Source of the DNA: an uncultured Gammaproteobacteria bacterium
GTDB taxonomy: Bacteria; Patescibacteriota; Microgenomatia; Daviesbacterales; UBA10151
DNA: 64,000 nucleotides
Direction of reading: 5' to 3'
Assembly: GCA_964625535.1 (NCBI GenBank)
Contig: CAZVEX010000002.1
Location: 21,559-85,558, forward strand
Under the pieces are notes generated by a model. That model worked only from the letters and a program-made list of their open reading frames with translations. It was not told the DNA's origin and made no database searches. Of this stretch, positions 7,521-16,665 are shown in pieces; position 1 is the first letter of the stretch, and each line of letters begins with the position of its first letter. A program made the position numbers and the translations under genes.

Positions 7521-8415
7521 CATAGGTCCAGTTTATCAACAGGGTCGTTTCTCCAAAGCGGTCATCAGAACCCAGCACTACCAATAAAACTCTATGGTTA
7601 TCCCTGTCAACCAGCGTCACCAGATTTTCTTTGGCCAGAGTGGTGTACCCTGTTTTAATCCCCAAAATGCCGCTGATCTGTGAAAGAAGTTTATTTAAAT
7701 TACTTAGATGATGCGCATACTTTTTATCCAGAGAAAAAACGTCGGTTTCTTTGGTAGCAAAAATTCTGGCCAGCTGGTAATTTTTCAAAGCTTCCTCGGA
7801 CACTCTCCCAAGATCTCCGGCCGATGAAAAATGCTTTTTATCATCAAAGCCGGCCGGGTTGGTAAAATGAGTCTTGAGTAAACCAAGCTCCATGGCTTTT
7901 TTGTTCATGGCAGAAACAAAACTTAAGACTCCTCCCGGGTAATTTTCCGCAATGGTAAAGGCCGCATCATTGCCGGAATTTAAAAGCATGCCGTAAAGTA
8001 ATGACCTAAAACTTAAACTTTCTCCGCTCACCAGACCCACCTTGGCTCCCTCTATATTAGCACCATCTTTCACAGTTAAAACCGAGTTGGGTTTAAAATA
8101 TTCGCCAGCCACCAGGGCTGTGGCAATTTTGGTGGTAGAGGCAATAGGCAGGGGGATATTGGCATCTTTTTGATAAAGAACGGTATCGGTTGTTAAATCT
8201 TTGATAAACACTGCTCTGGCAGAAAATTGCGGCAGGGGCAAATTGGAAGATACCGGGGGGCTCAAGTATTTTTGCACCCCTGCCACTTGAGCATTATTTT
8301 GGGGAATTTGAAAACTAATCAATACGCTTTCTGTCGACTCAACTAGAATTGGAACTGTTATGGCAATAACTATAGCTATCAAAATTAAACCGGCAGAATA
8401 AAGATAATACCTCAT
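7498..8415 (-). CDS. D-alanyl-D-alanine carboxypeptidase (peptidase S11, PBP5-like)
   Basis: Carries the STTK (SxxK), SGN (SxN) and KTG motifs and an N-terminal signal anchor. Confidence 0.75.
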   Translation of the reverse strand: MRYYLYSAGLILIAIVIAITVPILVESTESVLISFQIPQNNAQVAGVQKYLSPPVSSNLPLPQFSARAVFIKDLTTDTVLYQKDANIPLPIASTTKIATALVAGEYFKPNSVLTVKDGANIEGAKVGLVSGESLSFRSLLYGMLLNSGNDAAFTIAENYPGGVLSFVSAMNKKAMELGLLKTHFTNPAGFDDKKHFSSAGDLGRVSEEALKNYQLARIFATKETDVFSLDKKYAHHLSNLNKLLSQISGILGIKTGYTTLAKENLVTLVDRDNHRVLLVVLGSDDRFGETTLLINWTYANFRWSD

Positions 8416-9662
8416 CGCAGTTTCACATCTACTCTTTCCATATCTCTTGGGAAAAGACTAGCTTGCCGAATATTGGCAAGGTCTAAAAATTGCATAGTTA
8501 ATCTTTCCAAACCAAAGGAAAACCCTCCATGAGGCGGCATTCCAAACTGAAATGCCTGAAGATACATTTGGAAATCTTTGGGATCCATACCCCGTTCTTG
8601 AATGACCATAACTAACTTATCATATTCATCAATTCTTTGACTGCCGCTTAAAACTTCCATCCCCTTGTACAAAAGATCGTAACTTAAAGAGTATTCCGGA
8701 TCGGCCGGATCGGGCATGGTATAAAAAGCTCTCTTTTTGGTGTAAAAATGAGTCACTGTTAAAAGTTCTGACCCGTGTTCTTCTTTAACCCATTTTCCCA
8801 GCACTTTTTCATCTTCGGGAGTTAGATCCAGTTCTTTGCTTTGATCCCGTTTGGTTCTTTTTAAGATAATTTCCTGGGCCTGCTTAAAAGTTATCCTTGG
8901 TACTTGACCTTGAAGGTTCAGCATCTTTTTGGCAATTGCCTCAAACGCATCCATTAGTTCTGTAAATTCCACCAAACCCATTTCCACATCAAGCTGAACG
9001 GATTCGGCCAAATGCCTGGTGGTCACGGACGGCTCGGCTCTGTAGGCATGAGAGAGCAATGATACTCTCTCAAAAACCGGCACCAATATTTGTTTATAAA
9101 GCTGGGGGCTTTGGATTAAAAAGGCCTGGTGATCAAAATACTTAAACTTAAATACTTCTGCTCCTCCTTCTGTAGAGGAATAAGAAATTGTGGGGACAAA
9201 AATTTCCGTGCAGCCCAACTCTTGAGTGGCTTTTCTAAAACTTTCCACCAAATTTGCCTGTGTCTCGAAAATTTTTTTTATTTTGGGGTGGCGCAAAGTG
9301 AGAGAGCGCCAGTCTAACAATGTTGGCAGCTCTAAATGAAGTTCCGGTCCTCCCATATCAAATGGTAGTTCTTTAGCTTTTGATAAAATTTCTATTTTTT
9401 CTGCACTAATTTCTATTTCCCCTGTGGGGATATTTTTATTAACTAAATTCTCCGGTCTTTTCTTAACAGTTCCTGTTATGCATACCACATCTTGAGGGCG
9501 TAAATCAGCAGATTGCGTTACCGCTTGTATTAATCCAGATCTATCCAATACATCCAAAAATAAAATTTTCCCATGATCACGCCGCGCCTGAACCCAACCG
9601 CAGATGTTAACTTTTTCCCCGATTTTATTATTACAATCTAAAATTAAGCTACGACCTGCCAT
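8412..9662 (-). CDS. aspS: aspartate--tRNA ligase, archaeal/type-2 (class IIb aaRS)
   Basis: N-terminal OB fold, then QSPQLYKQ, FRAE-like AYRAEP, GMPPHGGFSFGLERL and a C-terminal FPRD motif, which is typical of ~430-aa archaeal-type AspRS. The ATG at 9662 (MAGRSL...) is preferred over the 9704 extension. Confidence 0.75.
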   Translation of the reverse strand: MAGRSLILDCNNKIGEKVNICGWVQARRDHGKILFLDVLDRSGLIQAVTQSADLRPQDVVCITGTVKKRPENLVNKNIPTGEIEISAEKIEILSKAKELPFDMGGPELHLELPTLLDWRSLTLRHPKIKKIFETQANLVESFRKATQELGCTEIFVPTISYSSTEGGAEVFKFKYFDHQAFLIQSPQLYKQILVPVFERVSLLSHAYRAEPSVTTRHLAESVQLDVEMGLVEFTELMDAFEAIAKKMLNLQGQVPRITFKQAQEIILKRTKRDQSKELDLTPEDEKVLGKWVKEEHGSELLTVTHFYTKKRAFYTMPDPADPEYSLSYDLLYKGMEVLSGSQRIDEYDKLVMVIQERGMDPKDFQMYLQAFQFGMPPHGGFSFGLERLTMQFLDLANIRQASLFPRDMERVDVKLR

Positions 9663-9691
9663 GAATGCATCATAACAACTTACACTTATAC

Positions 9692-9720
9692 TTGACAAGA
9701 TCAAACTTATTTGATAAATT
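9692..9720 (+). promoter_or_regulatory. sigma70-like promoter (TTGACA-17-TAAATT) facing the plus-strand cassette
   Basis: TTGACA at 9692-9697, a 17-nt spacer, then TAAATT at 9715-9720. Confidence 0.4.
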
Positions 9721-9777
9721 ATTTTCTATGCAAAAACCAAATAGAACATTTTTGTTCTTTTTTACCTTCGCTTAAAG

Positions 9778-9862
9778 CGGAGGTTGGTTTTTGTGACCTC
9801 CGTTTTTTATGATGCACCGACTGGTGCGTCAGCGGAGGTTTTTTAGTGGAGAAAAGGAGGTG
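9778..9862 (+). promoter_or_regulatory. structured leader: terminator-like hairpin (CGGAGGT/ACCTCCG + T6), second hairpin, repeated GGAGGT elements and the SD
   Basis: CGGAGGT at 9778-9784 pairs with ACCTCCG at 9796-9802 and is followed by TTTTTT. A second CGGAGGT + T6 lies at 9833-9844, and the SD AAAAGGAGGTG at 9852-9862. The single ACCTCC can pair with any of the three GGAGGT copies. Confidence 0.45.
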
Positions 9863-9868
9863 ATTTAT

Positions 9869-10195
9869 ATGACAGCTGAAACTGTGGTAGCAGTTCGTTC
9901 TGTTACAGAAGCACTTGTGGCTGCAAGACAAGCACAAAAAGCAGGTCGGGTGATACCGATTGCACCATGTGTTCAGATCGATTCAGCAGGGAATACAGTT
10001 ACCTGCCCTAAACTGGATCAAACACTTAGGACTTTATGCAAAGAGCCTGATGGTGTATTACCAATACCTGGAGGCATAGAATGTCCTAGGCAATACGGCC
10101 AGTTAGTCTTAACTGTTCAGGAGTCTACAATTCGGGCTTTGAAACCTCCAGTGCGATTACCCTCGCGTCGGGAAAGCCCTTATTTCGTGAGATAA
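9869..10195 (+). CDS. hypothetical 108-aa protein with four Cys (CVQIDSAGNTVTC ... CKEPDGVLPIPGGIEC)
   Basis: Strong SD AAAAGGAGGTG sits 6 nt before the ATG at 9869. The ORF-track start at 9809 would include the leader hairpins. Confidence 0.45.
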   Translation: MTAETVVAVRSVTEALVAARQAQKAGRVIPIAPCVQIDSAGNTVTCPKLDQTLRTLCKEPDGVLPIPGGIECPRQYGQLVLTVQESTIRALKPPVRLPSRRESPYFVR

Positions 10196-10313
10196 ACTGT
10201 TACGAGAGAAAGTCTGGGCTGAAAAAGTAATAAACACTCAATCAACCCAGACGATCTATCGCTGAATATCATAGGTCTTGACAGTAGCCCATAATAAGAT
10301 TAGACTCATCCCC

Positions 10314-11447
10314 ATGGCTTTAGAATCATGGAATTACGCAAATGAACCAACCGTTGTTGTCGGAGGACGTGGAGAATTCGGCACAAGAGTTATGGATGGT
10401 CTAAGAAGAGGACTTCATGTCGCAAACTTAACCATTTGTGAAATAGGAGATCCAATTCAGGACCTATTGGCAAGAAATAGAATTGCTTTTTTTGCAACAG
10501 ATGAAGATACAACCAGAGACATACTTCAATCTGCAAGAGATAAATTAACTTCCGGTTATGTAGTTCTGGAAGGAGCAAGTACTAAAGGTAAACTTATTTC
10601 TCTTTTGGAAAATCTCGATCGAGATGGTATAAGTGGAGCATCGGTACATCTAGGTATAAAGACTGATAGTTCTTGGGCAGGAGCCAAAGTCTGGTTATGC
10701 CGTGTGGGGCCAAATTCCGATAGAGCTTTATTGCTTGCTAATCATTTATTTGCATATTTTGATACTCGTTTAGTTCCAATTAATTTAAGAGATCATCAAA
10801 AAGTACAAAAAACTCAGGTACACACATTTGTTGGTCAATTAACTTCCGCTATTTCTTTAAGAAATCGAGGGATTGCTCTTGAAGATTTAGATACGTCTGC
10901 AACGGCAAATTCCCAATTAGGTATTCTTTCTACCGCACGAGGGGTTGGGCAATCTCCAAAAATTATAGCGGAGGTATTGGGTGGACAGCCAGAAGACGTA
11001 TCCGAAATAATAGACAGTGACATTAAAGCTTTGCAGGAACTTAGAAGCAAACTACCCGATAAAGAAAAACTAGAAAAGTATGTAGAGACCCTTCAAAGAT
11101 TTCATGGTAGATCAACTGGAAAACTGCAAGAAATGTTTGGCGATACTGAACTTTTAGTGGCAGAGATTTTAAGAATAGCTTTGTACAATCTTCAGTTTAG
11201 TGCCTCGGATGATACTCCCGGGACATTGCTGAAATTACTTACTCCATTTGCAGAAAGAAGAGTTAACCTTATGGCTATTGCTTCTGCTAGGATTCCACCA
11301 ACTAAAGAAGCTATTCAGCAAGGTGAAGATGCAAAAAGAGATACTGTCCTTTTTAGGACCGGCGTAGACCTAAATACAATTGACACGAAAAAAGAACAGG
11401 AAATTAAAGCTAGGCTTCGGGAAATGGGTTGTATTGTCACCGATTGA
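10314..11447 (+). CDS. prephenate-dehydrogenase-like NAD(P)-binding Rossmann protein with a C-terminal ACT-like domain
   Basis: GGRGEFG dinucleotide-binding loop. A VHLG...RDHQKVQKTQVHTFV block resembles the TyrA catalytic-His/dimerisation segment. The C-terminus is ACT-like (VLFRTGVDLNTID...EMGCIV). The TTG at 10278 lies inside a TTGACA promoter, so the ATG at 10314 is preferred (possibly leaderless). Confidence 0.4.
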   Translation: MALESWNYANEPTVVVGGRGEFGTRVMDGLRRGLHVANLTICEIGDPIQDLLARNRIAFFATDEDTTRDILQSARDKLTSGYVVLEGASTKGKLISLLENLDRDGISGASVHLGIKTDSSWAGAKVWLCRVGPNSDRALLLANHLFAYFDTRLVPINLRDHQKVQKTQVHTFVGQLTSAISLRNRGIALEDLDTSATANSQLGILSTARGVGQSPKIIAEVLGGQPEDVSEIIDSDIKALQELRSKLPDKEKLEKYVETLQRFHGRSTGKLQEMFGDTELLVAEILRIALYNLQFSASDDTPGTLLKLLTPFAERRVNLMAIASARIPPTKEAIQQGEDAKRDTVLFRTGVDLNTIDTKKEQEIKARLREMGCIVTD

Positions 11448-11595
11448 CAAATAGGCATAGCAATGTTAGGCTATAATTAACAAATATGTCAAAAGCTTTG
11501 AGTTTGGATTTAAGAAGAATAGAAATTTTGCTTGGCCTCCTTATTTTGGTGGTCCTCGGGACCGCTATTTTGGGAGGTCTTTTTAGATAATTAAA

Positions 11596-11634
11596 ATCTA
11601 AAAGAAAGGTATTAAGACCTCCCATAGGGGAGGT
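11596..11634 (+). promoter_or_regulatory. hairpin sequestering the SD of the next gene (ACCTCCC-ATAG-GGGAGGT + T6)
   Basis: The stem ACCTCCC/GGGAGGT followed by TTTTTT ends 1 nt before the ATG at 11641. GGGAGG serves as both the SD and the 3' half of the stem. Confidence 0.4.
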
Positions 11635-11640
11635 TTTTTA

Positions 11641-12432
11641 ATGGGAAATATGGCAAGGGCTATTGAACATGAAATTAAAAACTGCTCCGAAAAAGGTAGT
11701 TTTCAATCTGATAATTCAGGTTCTAATAAACATACTGATGCTATACCATTCAGTGGAAAATGGCAGAAGTTAGAAGGTGTAGGAACTACCTTCGACTCTG
11801 TAGTCACGCGACTATTTGGAAGGTGCAGGGGTGAACGAGACTCGCTTGCGCTCAAATGGAACAGAAAACCTATTGGCTCTGCAGAAGAAGTTACAAGAAC
11901 GGCGATGTTTTTAAGGAGATCAGTTCACCTGTATAGAGCAACTTTGGGAGAAGAGTTTATTGTAGGAACACAAACTGTAGTTGGTGCGAAACGAGATGGA
12001 CACAAATTGAAATATAAAGTGTATATTGTCCAGCCATATGTAGATGGTTGGAACGGGAAAACATTACCTGAGACTTTACGCTCCAACGAGTATCTGGTTG
12101 AACAGTGGAGAGTTTTATATGCTCGTTTATTCCATCTTTATAATGTTGCTCGTGCAGTAAATTTGCGAGTTCCCCCCGATGGATCCTTCTTACCCTTCCC
12201 GATTACTTTAACAGTAGGTGCTTCAAGACAAAGAGCACTGGGAGGACAACAATGCGAAGAGTTGATCCCGAGAACTCCAAATCTCTTAATCGCTAGACGA
12301 GACATGCGAATTAGTCTTTGTGATTTTGGAGCATACACTACTTGGCAAGAAGGTATGAAACCAACATACAGACAGATTTTGGAAAGTACTCAACAGAATC
12401 ATTATCGAGATAATTTTATCTTAGTAGCTTAG
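11641..12432 (+). CDS. protein-kinase-like fold protein (DFG motif, atypical catalytic loop)
   Basis: Hinge-like VYIVQPYVDGWNG, catalytic-loop-like IPRTPNLLIARRD (no HRD) and ISLCDFG. Confidence 0.35.
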   Translation: MGNMARAIEHEIKNCSEKGSFQSDNSGSNKHTDAIPFSGKWQKLEGVGTTFDSVVTRLFGRCRGERDSLALKWNRKPIGSAEEVTRTAMFLRRSVHLYRATLGEEFIVGTQTVVGAKRDGHKLKYKVYIVQPYVDGWNGKTLPETLRSNEYLVEQWRVLYARLFHLYNVARAVNLRVPPDGSFLPFPITLTVGASRQRALGGQQCEELIPRTPNLLIARRDMRISLCDFGAYTTWQEGMKPTYRQILESTQQNHYRDNFILVA

Positions 12433-12466
12433 CATAACTTAGCTCAAGATATTGAAAGGAGAAATA

Positions 12467-12553
12467 ATGGAAAGGGTAGAAGCTAGACCAGAAACCTATG
12501 TTTACGGAGTTCATACTGATATACCAAATGATTACGGAAAAGGGGGTGAATAA
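12467..12553 (+). CDS. possible 28-aa peptide ORF (MERVEARPETYVYGVHTDIPNDYGKGGE)
   Basis: SD AAAGGAG sits 6 nt before the ATG. It is below the ORF-track length cut-off. Confidence 0.2.
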   Translation: MERVEARPETYVYGVHTDIPNDYGKGGE

Positions 12554-12564
12554 ATAGCATAGTC

Positions 12565-14133
12565 TTATTTTACCGCAATATCCTTAATTTTTAGCTGTAA
12601 TTTTTCAGAGCCATTGTAGTGATCTATTTCCGGAGTGTGTGCCATGTCTACAGCTTGACCGCTGCTTAACATATTTGCCAGTTCCCCCATACCGAAGGCT
12701 ATAAAATCCAGATCTTTGACTTTACCTTTTAGGTGTTTCCCAGAACCCACTGTTCTTAAATCTGAAACTTGTATGCCATATGTTGCAAAAATAGGTCTGG
12801 GGTTGCCAAAACCAAATGGTTCAAATTTTTGTAAGTCGCTCACTAGTTTTTTATTTAAGCTTTTAACATCAATCTCGGCATCAATTTCCAAAACTCTTTC
12901 AGCTTCCGGTAAATCTATAATATGTCTTTCCAATCTTTTCTTAAAAATTTCGACATGTTTGCTTAAAATGGAAAATCCGGCTGCTCCGGGGTGACCCCCT
13001 ACATCAATTAAAATATCTGCATGTTTTCTGATGACTTCCACGATATTCACTCCATCAATAGACCGGGCAGAACCTTTGGAAACTTCTTCCCCGATGGAAA
13101 TGGCAATGGCCGGGCGAAAATATTTTTCAGAAACCTTCCCTGCCACCAGACCAATGATCCCGGCAGACCAATCTTTGCTTGCTAAACACAAGATCTTTTG
13201 TTTTTCATCAACTAACAATGTCGCCTGATTTATGGCGTCCGCTGTCATCTTCTGACGGGTAGTATTGGTCTCACTTAAAAGTTTTGCCAGTCTTTTGGCC
13301 TTAATGGGATCTTTTGTACAAAGTAAGCGCAGAGAATCTATGGCATGCTCAATTCTGCCGCTGGCATTTAATCTTGGTCCCAAAATGTGCCCTATTTCAT
13401 AAGATCCGATACTACCTAAAGTGATTGCCGACTCATCAATTAAAGATTTTAATCCCAGGTTAGTGGTAGAATTTAAAATTTTTAACCCTTCAAAAACAAA
13501 AGCCCTATTTAAATTAAGAAGCGGCATTAAATCACAAACAGTAGCCAATGCCACAAATTGCAAAAGATCCCGAACCAAATCTTTTTTAATCATGTCACGG
13601 ATCAAACACCAAGCAACTGCCGCCCCGCACATTTTAGTAGAGTGGACTATGGCAAAAGCATCGGGTTTGCGAGCATCCGGCACATGATGATCTGTAATAA
13701 TCAAATCCAAACCAATTTCGCTGGCAAATCTTGCCTGATCGAGCGCCACAATGCCGTTATCGACTGTGATTACCAGACTGGCACCGCTATCTCTGGCAAA
13801 CTCCAGTCCCAGTTTTGAAAGACCATAACCCTCTTTTTCCCGGTGAGGAATATAGGGCAAAACTTTTGCGCCTAAAGAGGTTAAGCCTTTGTATAAAATG
13901 GCGCATCCGCAAATCCCGTCAACATCATAATCTCCATAAACTACGATTAGCTCATTATTTTTAATGGCTTGCGAGATTCTTTGCTGTGCCTTCTCGATTC
14001 CGGGAATTTGTAAATCTTTTTCGCAGTTAGAAATTTTAGGATTAAAAAAACTGTTTTTATTTTCTATCTTACGATTTATTAAAAGTTGTTCGATTAGGTC
14101 GTTACTTTTTTTAGGCAATACTTTCCATTTCAT
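12565..14133 (-). CDS. recJ: single-stranded-DNA-specific exonuclease RecJ
   Basis: DHH-family motifs DVDGICG and ITDHHVP, plus DHHA1 GGGHPGAAG. Confidence 0.85.
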   Translation of the reverse strand: MKWKVLPKKSNDLIEQLLINRKIENKNSFFNPKISNCEKDLQIPGIEKAQQRISQAIKNNELIVVYGDYDVDGICGCAILYKGLTSLGAKVLPYIPHREKEGYGLSKLGLEFARDSGASLVITVDNGIVALDQARFASEIGLDLIITDHHVPDARKPDAFAIVHSTKMCGAAVAWCLIRDMIKKDLVRDLLQFVALATVCDLMPLLNLNRAFVFEGLKILNSTTNLGLKSLIDESAITLGSIGSYEIGHILGPRLNASGRIEHAIDSLRLLCTKDPIKAKRLAKLLSETNTTRQKMTADAINQATLLVDEKQKILCLASKDWSAGIIGLVAGKVSEKYFRPAIAISIGEEVSKGSARSIDGVNIVEVIRKHADILIDVGGHPGAAGFSILSKHVEIFKKRLERHIIDLPEAERVLEIDAEIDVKSLNKKLVSDLQKFEPFGFGNPRPIFATYGIQVSDLRTVGSGKHLKGKVKDLDFIAFGMGELANMLSSGQAVDMAHTPEIDHYNGSEKLQLKIKDIAVK

Positions 14134-15483
14134 ATGACTTGGGGGTACAATTACATCATGAATTATACACTACCTAAGGAGGTAAAAAACATTTTAAATA
14201 AATTTACTAAAGCCGGTTTCCAAGTCTACATTGTGGGCGGGGCTGTTAGAGATTTGTTAATGAAGAAAAAAGTATCTGATTGGGACTTTACTACAGATGC
14301 CAAACCGGAAGAAATCTTAAAACTTTTTCCGGAGGGTTTTTATGATAATAAATTTGGGACAGTAGGGCTACCGGTAGATGGTGAGGTGTACGAGATTACA
14401 ACCATGCGCAAGGAGGGCAAATATGCTGATTTTCGCCATCCCAGTAATGTAGTCTGGACCAATAAAATTGAAGAGGATTTGGCAAGAAGGGATTTTACAG
14501 TCAATGCCATGGCATTGGGCGATAAGCTGGTTGATCCATTCAATGGTCAGGATGATATCAGAAACAAAATAATTCGCGCGGTTGGAGATCCCAACCAAAG
14601 ATTCAATGAAGATGCTCTTCGTCTAATCCGAGCTATCAGAATTGTCACAGAACTGGAATTTGATGTAGAAAATGATACATTTGAAGCTTTAAAGAAAAAC
14701 GCTCGTCTTATTAAGCAAGTTTCATGGGAAAGAATCCGCGATGAACTCCTCAAACTGCTTGCATCTATGTATGGATACATAGGTACATTGAAATTGAGGG
14801 AGGCGGGGATACTGCAAATTATTTTACCGGAACTTGAAAAATGCTTTGGGATAGTCCAAGAAGGACCAAAACATGACCGGATTTATGACATCGGGGAACA
14901 CTCCTTTTTAACCCTTAAGTTGTGTCCGTCAAAGGACCCATTAGTCCGCTTGGCTGCTCTCCTTCATGATATCGGTAAGGTAGAAACTGTGGCCACCCAA
15001 CAAGACGGCAATGTTACTTTTTATAACCATGACGTTGTCGGAGGTACTATTGTCCTAAAAATTGCCAGAAGATTTAATTTGTCTAAAAAACAAACTGATA
15101 AATTATTCAGGCTGGTTAGATGGCACCTTTTTACTGTTGATGAAAATCAGACCGATTCTGCCATCAGGCGATTTATAAAAAATGTGGGGGTGGAAAATGT
15201 TGATGACATGATGGATGTTCGTATTGGAGACAGATTGGGCGGAGGTACTCAAAGAGCCGTTTCCTGGAGAATGGAAAAATTCAAAGAAAGAATTAAAGAA
15301 GTCCTCAAAAAACCATTTTCCATTTCTGATCTCAAAATTAATGGCAATGATGTGATGAAAGTTTTGAAATTAAAACCAGGACCAAAGGTGGGAGAAGTTC
15401 TACAAAAATTATTTGAAGAAGTCCTGGAAGATTCTTCGAAGAATAATAAAAAATATCTTCTAGAAAGAATCAAACAGGTCTAG
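14134..15483 (+). CDS. cca: CCA-adding tRNA nucleotidyltransferase with HD domain
   Basis: PolyA-polymerase head domain (VGGAVRDLLM, DWDF) and HD domain (LHDIGK). Confidence 0.8.
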   Translation: MTWGYNYIMNYTLPKEVKNILNKFTKAGFQVYIVGGAVRDLLMKKKVSDWDFTTDAKPEEILKLFPEGFYDNKFGTVGLPVDGEVYEITTMRKEGKYADFRHPSNVVWTNKIEEDLARRDFTVNAMALGDKLVDPFNGQDDIRNKIIRAVGDPNQRFNEDALRLIRAIRIVTELEFDVENDTFEALKKNARLIKQVSWERIRDELLKLLASMYGYIGTLKLREAGILQIILPELEKCFGIVQEGPKHDRIYDIGEHSFLTLKLCPSKDPLVRLAALLHDIGKVETVATQQDGNVTFYNHDVVGGTIVLKIARRFNLSKKQTDKLFRLVRWHLFTVDENQTDSAIRRFIKNVGVENVDDMMDVRIGDRLGGGTQRAVSWRMEKFKERIKEVLKKPFSISDLKINGNDVMKVLKLKPGPKVGEVLQKLFEEVLEDSSKNNKKYLLERIKQV

Positions 15484-16370
15484 TGCCTTAATCTTTCTTC
15501 CCACCAGACCAGTAATGCTGTTGCATTAAATATTGAGGAATAAGTTCCAGAAATTATACCTATCAGAAGGGCCACCACAAACCACTTAATTGTTTCCCCG
15601 CCAAAAAGAAGAAGGGCAATTAAAACAAAAATAACAGTCAAAGAGGTATTTAAAGATCTGCCCAATGTTTGTACCAGAGCCAAATTGACAACTTCCGTAA
15701 ATTTTCTGCCAATATTTTTCAGTAAATTTTCTCTGATCCTGTCAAACACCACAATGGTATCATGAACCGAAAAACCAATGATAGTTAAAAGCGCTGTGAC
15801 AAATAAACTATCTACTTCCACCTGTAAAAATTTTCCCAGGATGGCAAAAACCCCCACCACCAGCAACACATCATGTAAAAGCGCTACAATAGCACAAATG
15901 CCAAATCTCCAGGGCGATGCCGGTCTTGGCACCTTTCTAAAAGAAAAGGCAATGTACAAAACAATGGCCAAACTGGCAGTGATGAGCGCATAAAAAGCTT
16001 TTTGCGAAAGCTCCCTGCCAATTGCAGGACCTACAAATTCCTGTCTTCTCTGCTCCACCTCGCCAAATCTTGCCTCAAGCTCTTTTGTAATATTATCCGT
16101 TTCTTCTTTTGTTTTAGATTGGTTTCTTATAATGTAAGTGTTATCGGAAATAGGTGAAATTTGCCCGTATTGCTTTAACTCATCCGGAGCAATATCTTTT
16201 TCAAAACGATATTCCAGCAAAGATCCTCCTGTAAAATCAATGCCAAGTTTTAAGCCGGAAGTTACCAAAAAATACAACCCGGGAATAATCAGGACCAGAG
16301 AAAAAACAAAATATAAAAATTTATGTTTCATCAAATCCATATTATTTTTGACTTTCTTTAATATCTTCAT
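15480..16370 (-). CDS. secF: protein translocase subunit SecF
   Basis: DFTGGSLLEYRF motif and six TM helices in SecF topology. Confidence 0.85.
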   Translation of the reverse strand: MKILKKVKNNMDLMKHKFLYFVFSLVLIIPGLYFLVTSGLKLGIDFTGGSLLEYRFEKDIAPDELKQYGQISPISDNTYIIRNQSKTKEETDNITKELEARFGEVEQRRQEFVGPAIGRELSQKAFYALITASLAIVLYIAFSFRKVPRPASPWRFGICAIVALLHDVLLVVGVFAILGKFLQVEVDSLFVTALLTIIGFSVHDTIVVFDRIRENLLKNIGRKFTEVVNLALVQTLGRSLNTSLTVIFVLIALLLFGGETIKWFVVALLIGIISGTYSSIFNATALLVWWEERLRH

Positions 16371-16665
16371 GCATTTCCTTGATCAAATCATCGGCTACCT
16401 TTTTAATTTTTTCTTCTAACCCTTCAACTTTATCCTTTAAAAATTCCATTAATTTTTCATTCTCCGGATCCTCGTGAAGAAGTTTTAAAAATAATCTTTT
16501 ATCATGTTCTTCCAAGCAAGATAAAATCTCATCTAAAATAGCATGGTGCAAACTGGAATCAACCAGGGAGGCAAGGTGCAGACGCTCATCCTCGGATAAA
16601 TCCATATTGTGGAGCTCTGCAATTAACGATTCTATAACAATGTACTGGCTGTAAAAGTATTTCAT
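16342..16665 (-). CDS. hypothetical acidic 107-aa protein
   Basis: An ORF between secF and secD with no recognisable motif. Confidence 0.3.
   Translation of the reverse strand: MKYFYSQYIVIESLIAELHNMDLSEDERLHLASLVDSSLHHAILDEILSCLEEHDKRLFLKLLHEDPENEKLMEFLKDKVEGLEEKIKKVADDLIKEMHEDIKESQK

Noticed and set aside
9809-9868. N-terminal extension of the Cys-protein ORF (MMHRLVRQRRFFSGEKEVIY...)
   Set aside because: The extension is translated from the leader hairpins and the SD itself. The ATG at 9869 has a perfect SD (AAAAGGAGGTG), so the shorter start is used.
10278-10313. TTG start of the TyrA-like ORF
   Set aside because: The TTG is the TTG of a TTGACA -35 hexamer, and a -10-like TAGACT follows at 10301-10306. 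The first ATG at 10314 lies downstream of both.
9780-12560. GC/codon shift as proof of horizontal transfer of the cassette
   Set aside because: Hand counts give only ~42% vs 32-40% elsewhere. That is suggestive but not decisive without a windowed computation, so it is used only as supporting context.
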